Below are positions 25,920-37,880 of a stretch of 64,000 bases of DNA, one piece after another; positions within the stretch are counted from its first letter, which is position 1; every line of letters starts with the position of its first letter. Made by a program: the position numbers and the translations under genes. Source of the stretch: Ranitomeya imitator (Eukaryota); assembly GCF_032444005.1 (NCBI RefSeq), contig NC_091284.1, forward strand, positions 39,556,001 to 39,620,000. The letters run 5' to 3'. Under the pieces are notes generated by a model. That model worked only from the letters and a program-made list of their open reading frames with translations, was not told the DNA's origin and ran no database searches.

Positions 25920-26771
25920 CGGGCACGACCACCCATCAAATGTGCTGTATTTTTCTTTAAAAAAAAATCCAAGTGCATTAAAATTGGAAAAAAAAGTGCA
26001 ATTCCGCCATTGTTACTTTTTTTTTTTATGTACCATGTTCACTTTATGGTAAAAATAAGCTGGCAAAATGATTCTCCATGTTGGTACGAGTACACAGATT
26101 ATGTTACACTAGATATGATATTTTGATCGCCTCTCATTGAATCTTATTGCGAAGTTGCGTCGGCGAAAATAAAGTAATTTTGGCATTTTAATTTTTTGCT
26201 CATTACGCCGTTTGCCGATCGGATTAATTTTCGATAGATCATACTTTCACTAACACAGTGATACAAAATATGTTTATTTTTTATTTTCTTTTAATTGCTT
26301 TATTTTTAATTATGTAAAAGGGGAGGCGATTTGTTTGTATTTTTTTTTCACATTTTAAAAAACATTTTTTTTACTGTATTTAATAGTCCCCTTAGGGGAA
26401 CTTGAACCTGCGATCATCTGATCACCTGTGCTACACGTAGTAGGGCATCAGCACTGCATGTACAGTGAAAATCACGATCTCCTATGGATGCCATCTGGGA
26501 ATGGTCAGAACAAGAAGAGGAGTCTTCAGCAGACCCCCTGCTGTCATGGGAATCCATTGTGACCCGCGATCACATCATGAGGCGCGACGATGGGTCGGTG
26601 GAATGATGCACCGCCCTGCTGGTACATGTTAAACATCGCTGACATAGACTGACGGCGGTATTTAACAGGTTAACAGCTGTGGGAGGAGCTCTGGTCCACC
26701 CACGATTGTTACAGACAGATGATGGCTGCATAACACAGCCATCATCAGCCGGGAAAGATGCCGGAAAGGGG
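25920..26771. mobile_element. Non-autonomous DNA transposon fragment (piggyBac-like GGG|TTAA end)
   Basis: Ends ggaaagggg|ttaa; internal segments recur at ~4975-5112, 44260-45480 and 50510-51060. Confidence 0.45.
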
Positions 26772-27834
26772 TTAATATAATATATGGAACTGTACATGAG
26801 ACACGTACGATTTTGCACAGAGTCTCGGATCAAATGCAAGTCTTTGGAAATCAAATCGGACTGGACTCGGATAACTTTGTGTGATGTCCAATTTTCATGT
26901 TTGATGGGAGAAGGTTCAGAAAACATCTAACACACAAAAAGATCCCTGAAGTTGAAAATCTGATCCAAAACACTTACAAAAGTCGGTTCGTTTTCTTGTT
27001 AGTATGAGAAAAATCACTGACGAGTCTTTCGGGCAATGCTCCATGGGAAAAAATAAGCAAATACGTTTTTTGCACTCTTTAGTGCCACCTATAGGACGGA
27101 GGCCTTGTGTACACCCATATTGTACCAGACCATTACCTATGAGACATGCAATTGTTTGGATTTTCTTCGCGTACAGAGGAGGTTTCTGGATTTTTCGGCA
27201 GCCACAATAAATGCTTTGTGCCTCTGGCATATATAATAATCTCATTGTTTCATTTGTAATAAATGCTGAAAAGTCATGATTTTTACACTGCATTGTGTGC
27301 TGGATAAACACTTCTAGAAGCGCAGTCCGTGAGAAACTTTACAGCTTATTCCCGCTGTCCGTGAGGTGGTCTTCAGAGCATCCAAAACCGTCATGGAAAA
27401 TAATCTGGGGAAATTGATGACTTATTATTAATGGTCGCGCTCTCTGTGGCCCCCGACCTTAATAGCAGGAATAAGCCTTGTGTGGTGATTCCCAACATTC
27501 CATCACCTACGCACAGGATTGGGGGCCAAAACCTACTCCTGGTGTTTCCCTTTAAAACTCACTTCATGTGTCTCTGCCACTAGGGGGAGCTCACTGAATA
27601 CAGATTTCTGCCGTTCGGACATATGAATGACACAGAAGTTGATGCAGTGCTCCGGCCCCCGACCAGTGAACCGCCACATAATACTATAATGGTTGATTGT
27701 ACACTTTAAAAAAAATTATCTTTAGATGCATTCATATATTTTTACTTTTAATTTTACTACAATTTTTTGGGAAGTCAGAATTCCCTAATGAGTAGTTAAA
27801 GGGGTTGGTCCAATGTAACAGCTTATTAAGTATC

Positions 27835-28488
27835 TGTCACAATTCTGCTGTCAGAATACCCGGGCCAGGGGCTCCTTCCCTATCCCTAACGCTAGAGGCA
27901 CCTTAGTTATCCCTACTCCCCAGATAACTTCTGATGGTGAAGACCCCGGGGCCACATACCTTGCTGAACTCCTGAATCAGCCCTATATCTGCCCCCCTCC
28001 CCCACCCAGGGAAGTGGGGATTAATAGTGTATGTATATGCACAAACTAGACTAACAAGGGAGGATGTACAGGGATAAATGAAAATACCAAACATGCAAAT
28101 ATGCACTCACAGACAACAGCGAGGTACACCGGGGAGAAAAAGAAGTGTAAATGAAATAGGAGAGGACGGGGGGGTTGCACACAGCTGAAAAACACCAAGC
28201 AGCAGTCACAGATCAACAGACGCCTCAACCAACAGCCGACTCCTCCACTCCCCACCAGGTAGTACAAAACTAACACTGACAATCCAGATTTCCTGAGGCG
28301 AGTATATATAGGAGATAGCAGTGGCCAACACTGAACAGCTGAGATCATTCCAGCAGGTAAGCTTCTGCGACTCCCCTGCACTGCTAACAGACACCTGCAC
28401 CGTTTAATATTAAGAAGTGCTTGCAGGAGTAGATGAAATCAGACACTGCGGTCTTCTGGCTCCTCTGTGTTGCTGTAAATCCATGACA
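27835..28488. mobile_element. Solo LTR with 5-bp TSD
   Basis: TGTCAC...ATGACA termini; TSD GTATC at 27830-27834 and 28489-28493. Confidence 0.8.
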
Positions 28489-28810
28489 GTATCTCCTGGA
28501 TCACTGGTTTCTTCAAAACTTTTCTGGGTTAAATTAAAGGCAAAAACTGAGTCAAGACCTAGTACAGGTCCAAAATATTACTTGTAACACAGCCCCCTCT
28601 AGGGGTAATAGGTGTTACAGCATGTTGTATTTTCACTGTTTCTTGAATTACACAAATGTACCTCGCATCATCGACAAACAGGAACATGAAAAAGCCCTTT
28701 AAAGGGATTTAAATACAGGTTGTTTTTTAATCAAATAAGTCCTCCATTTTACAATTTTCCTAATAGGGGTTGGAGCTCAGGTTTTTTTTGATGGAATGTG
28801 CAAAAAAAAA

Positions 28811-29625
28811 GGGGTTGTCCGCTACTTGGAGAAACCCTTCTTATATACTAAAGTAATCTTCCAGTACCTAGATATTGATGGCCTGTCCTTAGGATGGGTC
28901 TTTAATGCCTGATGGTGGGGGTCCGACACCCAGCATCGTCCCACTAATCAGCTGTATAAAGCTGGAAGACAGCACCATGTATGGTGTAGTGGCCGTTCTC
29001 AGGTACTGCAGCTAAAGTGAATGTGCTCTAAACTGCAGTACCTGAGAACGGCCACTGCACAGAGCATGGCGCTAATGCCTGATATTAATGACCTATATTA
29101 AAGGGGACTATCCTATATTGATGGAATATCCTTAAAGGTTTTTCCACTAATTGGACAATCCCTTCTTGTATACTTTATTCTCCAGTGTACAATAAAGTGA
29201 AAAGATTCTCCCCTCCCGAATTGGCGCCGTTCCTGCGACGTCAGTACTGGGTCTCCCGACACTTACGTGACATTAGTAGAGCCACATAGAGTTAATCAGT
29301 GGCCACTAATGAACTATAGTTCTCACTCTTTCCTCAGAGGTCCAAAAGACCTGGCTACAGGGCTCACATGGCTGTGAGTAGTGGACAACCTCTTTAATGA
29401 TATCCCATCAATGTAGTGAATGACCCATTTAAGATAGGTCACGAATATCAGGCACTAGCGCCGTACACTGTGTAGTGGCCGTTCTCAGGTACTGCAGTTT
29501 ACATTAAATTCATTTCAATAGGAGCTGAGCTGCAGTACCCGAGAGCGGCCACTATGCGGTGTATAGAGCTGACTTCCGACTCTTTACACTGCTGATTGGT
29601 GGGAGTACCGGGCGTGGGACCTTCC
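28811..29625. mobile_element. Nest of Kolobok/T2-type MITEs (mirror-image flanks around a central TTAA-bounded MITE)
   Basis: Central element 29136-29393 is bounded by TTAA; ~28918-29131 and ~29398-29621 are inverted homologues. Confidence 0.55.
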
Positions 29626-29871
29626 GTCAAGGAGCCATAACGGCAGGCATTATTGCCACCGAACCTGGTCTCTTCCCTCTGGTCAGGATGAGATGAAACA
29701 AACCTTTAAGTCCATACACCCTAAAGAGGTTCAACCACTAAATGGCTCAATAAAATAAAAGTATTTTGACTCTTTTTTTATTGCATGTATATTGGGCTAA
29801 CTTTCGACAACGTTTGGCTATTTACAAGACTTTTGTTTCCCCTGTACGTTACTGGCTGCAGAATAAGTTAA

Positions 29872-30665
29872 AGGGAACCTGTCACCCCGTTTTTTCAAGA
29901 TGATATAAAAATAGCGTTAAATAGGGGCAGAGCTGTGCTTTAAATTAGTGTATTTTGGAGCCTTTATTCCCCACCTATGCTGCCGAAATACCTTTGTAAA
30001 GTCGCCGTTTTGGGCTGTCACTCACGCTGGTCAGGTCATATGGGTGTGGTGACAGCGCTGTTTCTCCCCCAGATCTCCGTTGGTGGCGTAGTGGTGTGCG
30101 CATGTCCAGCAGGCGAATCCAGTGCGCAGGTGAAGGAAAAAAGCGCGATCTGCGCTATTCCACGGTTTATTGGTGGGTGCGGCCATCTTTGTGAGGCTGC
30201 GCGTGCGCAGATGGTACTTCTCGGCTTCCCGGGGCTTCAGGAAAATGGCCGCCGCGATCTCCATCTGCGCACGCGCGGCATCCCGCGCCCATTTTCCTGA
30301 AGCCCCGGGAAGCCGAGAAGACCCATCTGCACACGTGCGGCCTCACAAAGATGGCAGCGCCCACCGATAAACGGCTGAATAGCGCAGATCGCGCTTTTTT
30401 CCTTCACCTGCGCACTGGATTCGCCAGTTGGACATGCGCTCACCACTACGCCACAAACGGAGATCTGGGGGAGAAACAGCGCTGTCACCACGCCCATATG
30501 ACCTGACCAGCGTGAGTGACAGCCCAAAACGGCGACTTTACAAAGGTATTTCGGCAGCATAGGTGGGGAATAAAGGCTCCAAAATACACTAATTTAAAGC
30601 ACAGCTCTGCCCCTATTTAACGCTATTTTTATATCATCTTGAAAAAACGGGGTGACAGGTTCCCT
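29872..30665. mobile_element. Palindromic Kolobok/T2-type MITE (TTAA TSD)
   Basis: TTAA|AGGGAACCTGTCACC...GGTGACAGGTTCCCT|TTAA; 377-bp arms, 40-bp spacer (30249-30288). Confidence 0.9.
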
Positions 30666-30881
30666 TTAACTGAAAAACTATCAGTGAGCTCTGGCTCAAT
30701 GGAGTTTGTAACTCTTATTCCTCTTTTTTCCTGAACTCCCGTCTGCTGATTTATGACCAAAGAGGAGTTGTAGTCATAAATCCGCTGAGCAGAGGACAGA
30801 CAAAAGAGTTACAAACTCTTAATGGGAACTCACTCATGGATTCTCAGTTAACTCATTCAGCAGCCAAACGGTGGCAAATTT

Positions 30882-30887
30882 TTTATT
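30882..30887 (-). terminator. Polyadenylation signal of the Harbinger-derived gene
   Basis: AATAAA on the minus strand ~190 nt downstream of the stop at 31080. Confidence 0.55.
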
Positions 30888-31079
30888 ACATTATTTAGTC
30901 CAAAGTACGTGTATATGTAACAAAAAAAAATAATAATGAAAAGTGCACATCTTTAGTGGGTTCCTCTGCAGTCCCCGGTCAGGCAGGGTGGCTTGTTGGT
31001 GTCTCTCCGTCCATGCCCCGCCATCTCGCCCCCTACTATGCTCTTATGAACAGAATTCCAACTTTTCGCTTCTTTGGCC

Positions 31080-31956
31080 TCAGATCTTTTCATTCTGAAA
31101 CGGGATTTCTCCTTGCGGCGACACAAAGTAGCTGGCGAAAGAGTTTCTGACCAACATGCCGCTCACGGGGCCCCGAACCGTGGTCCACGCCACGTCATGG
31201 AGCGGATTACTGAGGATGTCCTCAAAGACGAAGCCGTCCCTGAGGAGCACCAGGTTATGGAGGACGCAGGCGGCCTTGATAATGTCCTGAACGAAGTTCG
31301 CTTCCAGCTGAATGGGGGAGTAGAAGACGCGCCACTTGTTGGCCAAGATGCCGAAAGCGCTGTCTATTGTCCGCCGTGCCCGGATCAGCCGGTAATTAAA
31401 CACCTTCCGGATGGGGGTTATGTTCCTGGTGGGGTAGGGTCTTAAGATATTCTCAGTGAGGCCAAATGCTTCATCGGCTACGAAAACGAAAGGCATGGGA
31501 GGGCGACTCGTGCCGGGCAAAGGCCGACACTCCGGCAAATCTAACCGGCCTTCTTTCATCTTGCGCCCCAGGTGAGACTTCTTAAAAATACTGCAGCTCC
31601 CCGTGGTGCCGTAAGCGCCAACATCTATGGCGATGAACCTGTAGCTGCTGTCCACCAGGGCCAAGAGGACGATGGAGTGTTTGTTCGCGTCCCACTGCTT
31701 GCCTCCGCTGTTGGGGGGCATCTTCATCCGAATGTCTTTGGCATCTAGGGCACCCACACAATTCGGGAAGCTGGTGGTGGCGTGGAAGTCCTCAGCTATC
31801 TTCTGCCAGGTTTCGCCGGAGGGCTCCGGCATGAGCACATCTAGGAGGGTGCCGCAGATGGCTCTGCACGTCTCCCGGACAATCAACCTGATGGTGGCTT
31901 TACCGATGAGGAACCGGAGGTGGAGAGAAGTGAAACTATTGCCCGTAGCCAGGTAC
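31080..31956 (-). CDS. Harbinger transposase-derived (HARBI1/ALP1-like, DDE_Tnp_4-type) protein, last coding exon
   Basis: Acceptor ctccctggctttgcag|G; reads (K)YLATGNSF...FPNCVGALDAKD...VADEAF...FNYRLIRARRTIDSAFGILANKWRVF...ACVLHN to stop; no internal stops. Confidence 0.9.
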
Positions 31957-32754
31957 CTGCAAAGCCAGGGAGACGAGAAGATGGTAAACAGGTTCCTAAC
32001 CCTACGGCGCCGCAGCCTATGTTTCTTTTTTGCACTGTTGTTTTTTCCTCCTTTTTTTTTTTATTTTTCCATCCCCATAGGCTTGTTTTGTGCGGGACAA
32101 GCTGTAGTTGTGATTGACATTAGTCATTTTACCAAATAATGGATATTTTTCCTTATTTTTCAGTACAAGTGCGGCAAAATAAAATGTACTTTGGGTTTCA
32201 TTTTTGTTCATTGTGCGGCAAAAGATTACCTGAAAAATATGATTCTTCGGGTCAGAATGAAAAGATAATTCATTTGTATAGTTTTTTTTTGTTTATCTAT
32301 GTAGTACTTAATAGTGCAAGACTACTGGACTGTAGTATATAGAGGGAATGACAAATATTGAAAAATGAAAACTATATTGAGGCAGGCGCCGATCCCACCT
32401 ATTGGCTTCCATGCCAAAAATATGCCATAAATTTCTGAGATGGGACTGACCCTTTAAAGACGTTTCCTGATTTTAGAAAACCCTTGGCTAGAGTTCGTTA
32501 TATAAAGAAAAAAAAACAAAAACAAAAAAAAAAAGCGCATTTCTCACCCTCCTATGGTCCAGCACTGAATCTCGGCCAATACACCTGGCGTCAGTTATTG
32601 TCTGCAGCCAGTCACTGATCTCAGCGGCTCTTAGCGGCTGCTGCTGGCAACTCGATGAGCTCAGTGATTGGCTGCAGAGCTGTTGATATGACGTCGGCGC
32701 TGCAGACAATAACAGACAACGGAAACTCAGAGTTGGACCCGGGAAGGTGAGTGA

Positions 32755-33135
32755 GGGTATGTGCACACGTCAGGATTTTTTCCCGACAAATTCCTGAGAA
32801 TTCTGCCAGAAATCCGCGTGCTTTTTTCGCGCGGATTTCTCGTAGAATTTGCGCGGATTTTTTGCTGATTTTTTGCGGTTTTTTTTTTCTTTTCCTGAAT
32901 GACCTTTTTGATAGGAAATCCGCAAAAAATCCGGAAAAAGATTGAGCATGTCCGGATTTTTTGCGGGATGCGTTTTTTTTGCAGAAAAAAACGCTAACAT
33001 CTGCACAAAAAATGCGGAATGCATTCTAAATGATAGGATGCATAATGTTAGCGTTTTTTTACCGGATTTATAGCGTTTTTATGGCGAAATTCCGCAAAAA
33101 AAAAACGCTAAAAATCCTGACGTGTGCACATACCC
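32755..33135. mobile_element. PIF/Harbinger MITE (GGGTATGTGCACACG TIR) in the intron of the Harbinger-derived gene
   Basis: 15-bp+ TIRs; flanks TGA/TAA (imperfect 3-bp TSD); termini shared with 53063-53399 and 55478-55822. Confidence 0.85.
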
Positions 33136-33466
33136 TAAGATCTAGTTTTTTTGTTTGTTTTTTTTTTTAAATGTTGCAGCCACAAGGACAGGGGTTTTGC
33201 GAAGCTGGAAAACCGCTTTAACTTATTATTTTCTGTTCCTATCTGAGGCGGTCTTCCTAGATGAAAATCGGAATCGAGACAGAAGCGCCATATTCTGGGA
33301 TATTTCTGAATTTAGGACTCTTTTGGTAATCAATGACCTAAAGAACGCGGTTGCTTTCTCCCAATAATAGCGCCAGGTTGTAGGAGCTGAGCTGCATTAC
33401 CACACACAACCTGTAGGCAGGGGTGGCGCTGTTTCTGGAAGTAAAATGTGTTAGGATAGAACATAC

Positions 33467-33780
33467 TTAATAGTCACACAGAGCCGCTCCTCCGGGGAGA
33501 TCGCCAGCCGCATCTTCGTGTCGCTCCTGATGAGTGCGGGCCGCAGATGCTTCAGCAGCTCATCGAATGTTCCTATGGACATTTTAAAATAATCAAAAAA
33601 CCTTTTGGGGGATTTTCGCAAATCTCCGTACCGGAGGTGAAACTGTCCCTTGGAGAATCGCTGGCTGGTCAGCGGGTGCACCCAGTAGTTCCGCACCGTC
33701 TCTCTTTTCCGCTTCTTCTGTCTGGATACGACATAGCCGAGTAACAGCAGCCAAAAATGGATCTCGTGCTCTGTGGTCAT
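33467..33780 (-). CDS. Harbinger transposase-derived protein, first coding exon
   Basis: gcacagccATG; MTTEHE...QKKRKR..YWVHP...YFKMS..TFDELL...DTKMRLAISPEERLCVTI; donor AA|GTATGT (phase 2) joins the next exon in frame to give 396 aa; upstream acceptor ttttaccttttag at 33801 implies a further 5'UTR exon. Confidence 0.85.
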
Positions 33781-34083
33781 GGCTGTGCCCGGAGTAGGGG
33801 CTAAAAGGTAAAAAAAATATATATATTTAATATAAAAATGAAAGTCTGAACTGATTTCTAATGAGAACTTCTAAGACTGAGTTTACTGAGAATCAGTCAG
33901 TGAGCTCGCTATGACGGACTGATAGGAGAGCTTGTGCCTCTTATCTGTTATTTTTTTCTGACCTTCTCCCAGCTGATTTATGACCTCAGACCACATCATA
34001 ATGTGCAAGGAAACAAAGAGACTGTAAACACTTTGCGTTTTTGCTCCTTTTTTTTTTAAAATGCAATTTTAAGTTGCTTATTA

Positions 34084-34163
34084 GGCCATGTTCACACGTT
34101 GCATTTTTGCTTTGTTTTTTTTTTTTTTGCCTGCAGAAATAAACGCGACGTGTGAACATAGCC
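34084..34163. mobile_element. 80-bp Harbinger-type mini MITE
   Basis: TTA|GGCCATGTTCACACG...CGTGTGAACATAGCC|TAA. Confidence 0.6.
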
Positions 34164-34808
34164 TAAAAGTCAAACGGTGCAATATTTTTAATGAAACCCA
34201 ATTGCAAGAATGATTTTTAGCCCAAAATATATGTGTTCCTAAAAATTGCCCCTTTAGGTAGATTTGCTTTTCTGGTGCGTGACCTGGGAAATACGTGACA
34301 TATTAAATTTACATTAGGAATCTGACAATTTGAGTATGGATTTTGGGCACAATAAATTCAGGTGGGATTCACCGGACATCAGATCTGATCTTGCGTCATA
34401 TCCACAGGCACCAGAGATTAGGGTCTTTATCATGACTTGCGCCATATATAGAGGGTAACCTAGGAATAATACCGCTATAAGTCGTGCTGTATCCATGGAG
34501 AGGTGCCGCGATGCCCCCATGCATGCACACGGCAGGGTCATACTTTTTTGGGGTACACGATTGTACAAATATTTTCGCCCCTTTATTTTTATCCGCGGTT
34601 CCAGCTGTCGTGTAGTCCCTATAACCGTACAGCGGCCCCCCTATAGGGCGACTGCATCTGCTGTGCCTGTCAATCCACCGAATGGCCTGAAACTTCCAGA
34701 ATGACACCAGCTCCTCCCAGTAACCAGCACTGTCCCAGTATATACACAGCCGTCCTCCTGCCAGAAACCAGTACCGACACCGCTCTGATCCTGCACCGAC
34801 CTAGCACC

Positions 34809-34829
34809 ATGCCGGATTTCAATTGGAAG
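34809..34829 (+). CDS. SMIM11: SMIM11 first coding exon (MPDFNWK)
   Basis: accATG context; NWK followed by donor AAG|GTAATT matches the MNWK| exon of mammalian SMIM11; phase 0 fits the next exon. Confidence 0.7.
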
Positions 34830-36957
34830 GTAATTGATCAATCATTAATAATGCATACATACATATATCTTATTTTTTGGCTATGGAGATGTAACGGAGC
34901 CGAGTTTGTCATTTGGCTTGACTCCTTTTATGCAGTCTTACATAGGACTGCTGGAAAAGCTTAGCTGCACTTATCACAATGTATAAACAGTGCATTCCCC
35001 AAAGTGACAAACTCAGCTCTGCTACATCTGTACCTTGCATTATGCAGCAATACAGACGCAATTCAGCCCCTTACCTGCATGCAAGGCCTCCTAGTCTTCT
35101 GCAGCAGCTTCTCTCTGTGCAAGACTAGCAGAAGACAATACAAGGAAGGTGTCTGCAGTGCACAATCCAGCTATATTCTATTATTCTGCTTCATGCCCAC
35201 CACACACCTCACTCCGTGACTCTCCTGCAGTCATCATCAGACATAAAAACTAAACCTGAATAGTAGAAACGATGTGAGAAATGTCTGTACTAAGGAATGC
35301 TGTATGTCGGCCATTTTTCCGAAGACCATTCCATTACGATCGACTCGGGGAAAGTGACTCCAGAGCTGGAGACAAGTTGTCAGCCGGTACGGGCGACCTC
35401 TAGCGTACAGAGTGAAAAAATGGTGGTATTATATGACATTTTGGTTAAAATCTGTCACTAGGAACCAGACAGGCTCTCACTGGAGTAAAGCAAATAACTG
35501 ATGTCATGTTTCTTTCCCCCTCAACACAAAAAAGGGAACATTAAAAGAGCAAAAAGGGACAGAGTGAAAGTCATATATAATCCTGTCACGATCTGCGCCC
35601 CTCACTTGTCACCTTGCATAGTAAACAATGGCCGCGACGTGTGACTTGTTACAGTCGCCAACCATGTTGTCCCAAGCTCGTGCATCATCATCGGGACTGT
35701 CATATGGTTCTGTTGATGTGACCCCATATGGACAACGCATCACTCAGCTGCCAATCCTTTGGTGGTTCATTTGGATTTGTAAATGGCGCAAGCACCATTC
35801 CCATATTTACAAAGTTTTTGGATGGACATTTTACCTTTTTTAGGAGCATGTGATATTTATTAAGTGAGCAAAAAAAGGGGAGAAGCCAGCGCAGCCTAAG
35901 GTTAAGACGCAATACATAAAGTGCAAATGCACATATTAATTTCTAACTGTATTTTCAAAATGAGACATTTAGCAAACAATTGATCAATTCTTTGAGCCAC
36001 CCCGCCTCTTCACGGCAATCTCATATTGGGGCAGTCCTACACTACGTTTTTTATATTTGCTGTGCCATAAAGGCCTCCTAAATGAACTAAATGCAAGACC
36101 ACATTAAAAACATGCTGTACCTGGAGCATACACTGAGTCACCCCCATGGCGCCAGAGTAGGCAAGCGAGGATAAAGGTTGACCAGGTCCAGACAGACATT
36201 TCGGATCCAACCTCCACACTGCCCATCTAGAACCACAGATGAAGAGTGAAACAGGCTGAGGCACAGGTGCATAATTAAACAAAGCCTTTATTAAATTTAT
36301 TAAGTGCCATTGTTCATCAGTCGGCGTATCTCCCTAAAACATGCAATAAAAGTCCTAAAAATGTCACATGTACTAGAGATGAGTGGATCGATTTGTGGAA
36401 CTTAAGTCTAGGTCAGTGGTACCTTGCCGCTAGACAGGAGGCCCATGAATCTTTTTCCTTCCGGTGCGACTATTGATTAGCCGGGACTGGTGCGATGTTG
36501 TCTGTGCTTCGCGTTGCACAAATAACGTTACGCCATCTCCGACAAATCAAAATAACTTCCGGGGACACCGGAAGGTAAGAGATTTGCAGGCCTTCCATAC
36601 AGCCACGAGGTACCAATGACCTGGACGCTGGACGAGAGTCCCACAAATTGATCCGTTCACGCCTAGTATATACCAAAAAATGTGATAAAGAAAAAAAATT
36701 CAATAACTAAAGGCCGGCTTCACATTTCTAACGGTCCAACTACGGACCGCAATGTCCTGACCAGCTGCAGGTCTCTTGACCCAGACTCAACATGTAGACA
36801 TCGTGGTCCGTAATCTCAAAATAAATGTCAGGCATAAGCTACAAAAAAAAACCTAAACCCCTGAAAAATCTAACTTGACCAATTTATTTATTTTTGCCTG
36901 ATTTCATCCACATGGACATGTGGGTTATGACAACCACTACAGGTGTTGAAGGTTTAA

Positions 36958-37587
36958 TGTCACAAGTGTGTCACATCCTCCTTGGAGAACTGGGGTTAGA
37001 AGATCATTACGTATTGTGAATCACAGATCTTCCATTTAGCCTGTGTGTTTGTGTCCCATATTAAATGGATTTGGTTTCCTTTGGTGCTCAATCGGTTAAC
37101 TACCCTTTCTATGCTGGTCAAAAACATGCAGCTGCATTTCAGCTGCTTCTGATCTGGTCATTACCTCTCCCTATGAAAGCTGGCCAGACCTTCTCTTCCT
37201 TGCCAGTGAAAGCTTTGCGTCCTAGCTCCTTGGAGACACTGTGCAGAATTGGTGTTCGTTGTTGATACTGGACACTATTGTGTGCTGTTTTGGGGTGTAT
37301 GCTTTCCTTATTGTCCTATTCACGTTTAGTTATTACAATCCTACTCTTCCCTATATACGTCTTATACTTGAGTTTTGTATGTTTGTTGCTTTTTGTTATC
37401 CCTGTTTGTCTTACGTGTTGATAAACTAGCATTTTTGTCCCAGGCCTCCTCCGGAGGTGGACAGCATAGGAAATACCATGAAAACAGTAAGGCTGGTGGC
37501 CCAAACCTCCTCACCTTTAGAGGTACCTTTGGGAGCAGAGACTGTTCAGGACCCCTTTTCTTAATCATGAACAGTCACAGCGTGACA
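36958..37587. mobile_element. Solo LTR with 5-bp TSD in SMIM11 intron
   Basis: TGTCAC...GTGACA; TSD TTTAA at 36953-36957 and 37588-37592; reverse-complement homologue of 3495-4163. Confidence 0.8.
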
Positions 37588-37697
37588 TTTAATCTGCCAA
37601 CCGTAGATCAACTATTCAGGACCCTCAATTAGCTGAAGAAGGGGATGTAAGTGTAGGCTGCCACCAATTCTCAGTGTCTATCATTTTCTGGTTCCAG

Positions 37698-37880
37698 GCG
37701 CTGGACAACTTCCCGCTGCTCATGTACATTTTAGCAGCGAAGACTTTGCTGTTGTGTTTGGCTTTCGCTGGTGTGAAGATTTACCAAAGTAAAAAAATTG
37801 AAGCCAAACTAAAGCGTGAGCGAGAAGAGAAACTGAGGAAGGCAGCAGAGAAGGAAGAAACTGATAAGAAGGATGACTGA
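37698..37880 (+). CDS. SMIM11: SMIM11 (FAM165 family) second coding exon
   Basis: Acceptor ttttctggttccag|; ALDNFPLLMYILAAKTLLLCLAFAGVKIYQSKKIEAKLKREREEK... matches the SMIM11 TM helix and charged tail; donor GAG|GTAAGT at 37885. Confidence 0.92.
   Translation, partial: ALDNFPLLMYILAAKTLLLCLAFAGVKIYQSKKIEAKLKREREEKLRKAAEKEETDKKDD

Noticed and set aside
31074-32139. Plus-strand ORFs of 123 and 155 aa over the Harbinger-derived exon
   Set aside because: Antisense shadow ORFs of a GC-rich coding exon.
32690-32752. gggaag|gtgagt as a possible SMIM11 first-exon donor
   Set aside because: It lies within a MITE-like repeat next to a Harbinger MITE junction, with no promoter evidence.
30670-33990. 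Similar blocks (tcagtgagctc...gctgatttatgacc) on both sides of the Harbinger-derived gene as possible transposon ends
   Set aside because: Same orientation, degenerate, no TSD; they look like independent old MITE remnants, not TIRs.
1-34800. KCNE2, MRPS6 or SLC5A3 expected by human synteny upstream of SMIM11
   Set aside because: No ORF or exon resembling these proteins was recognisable in the window.
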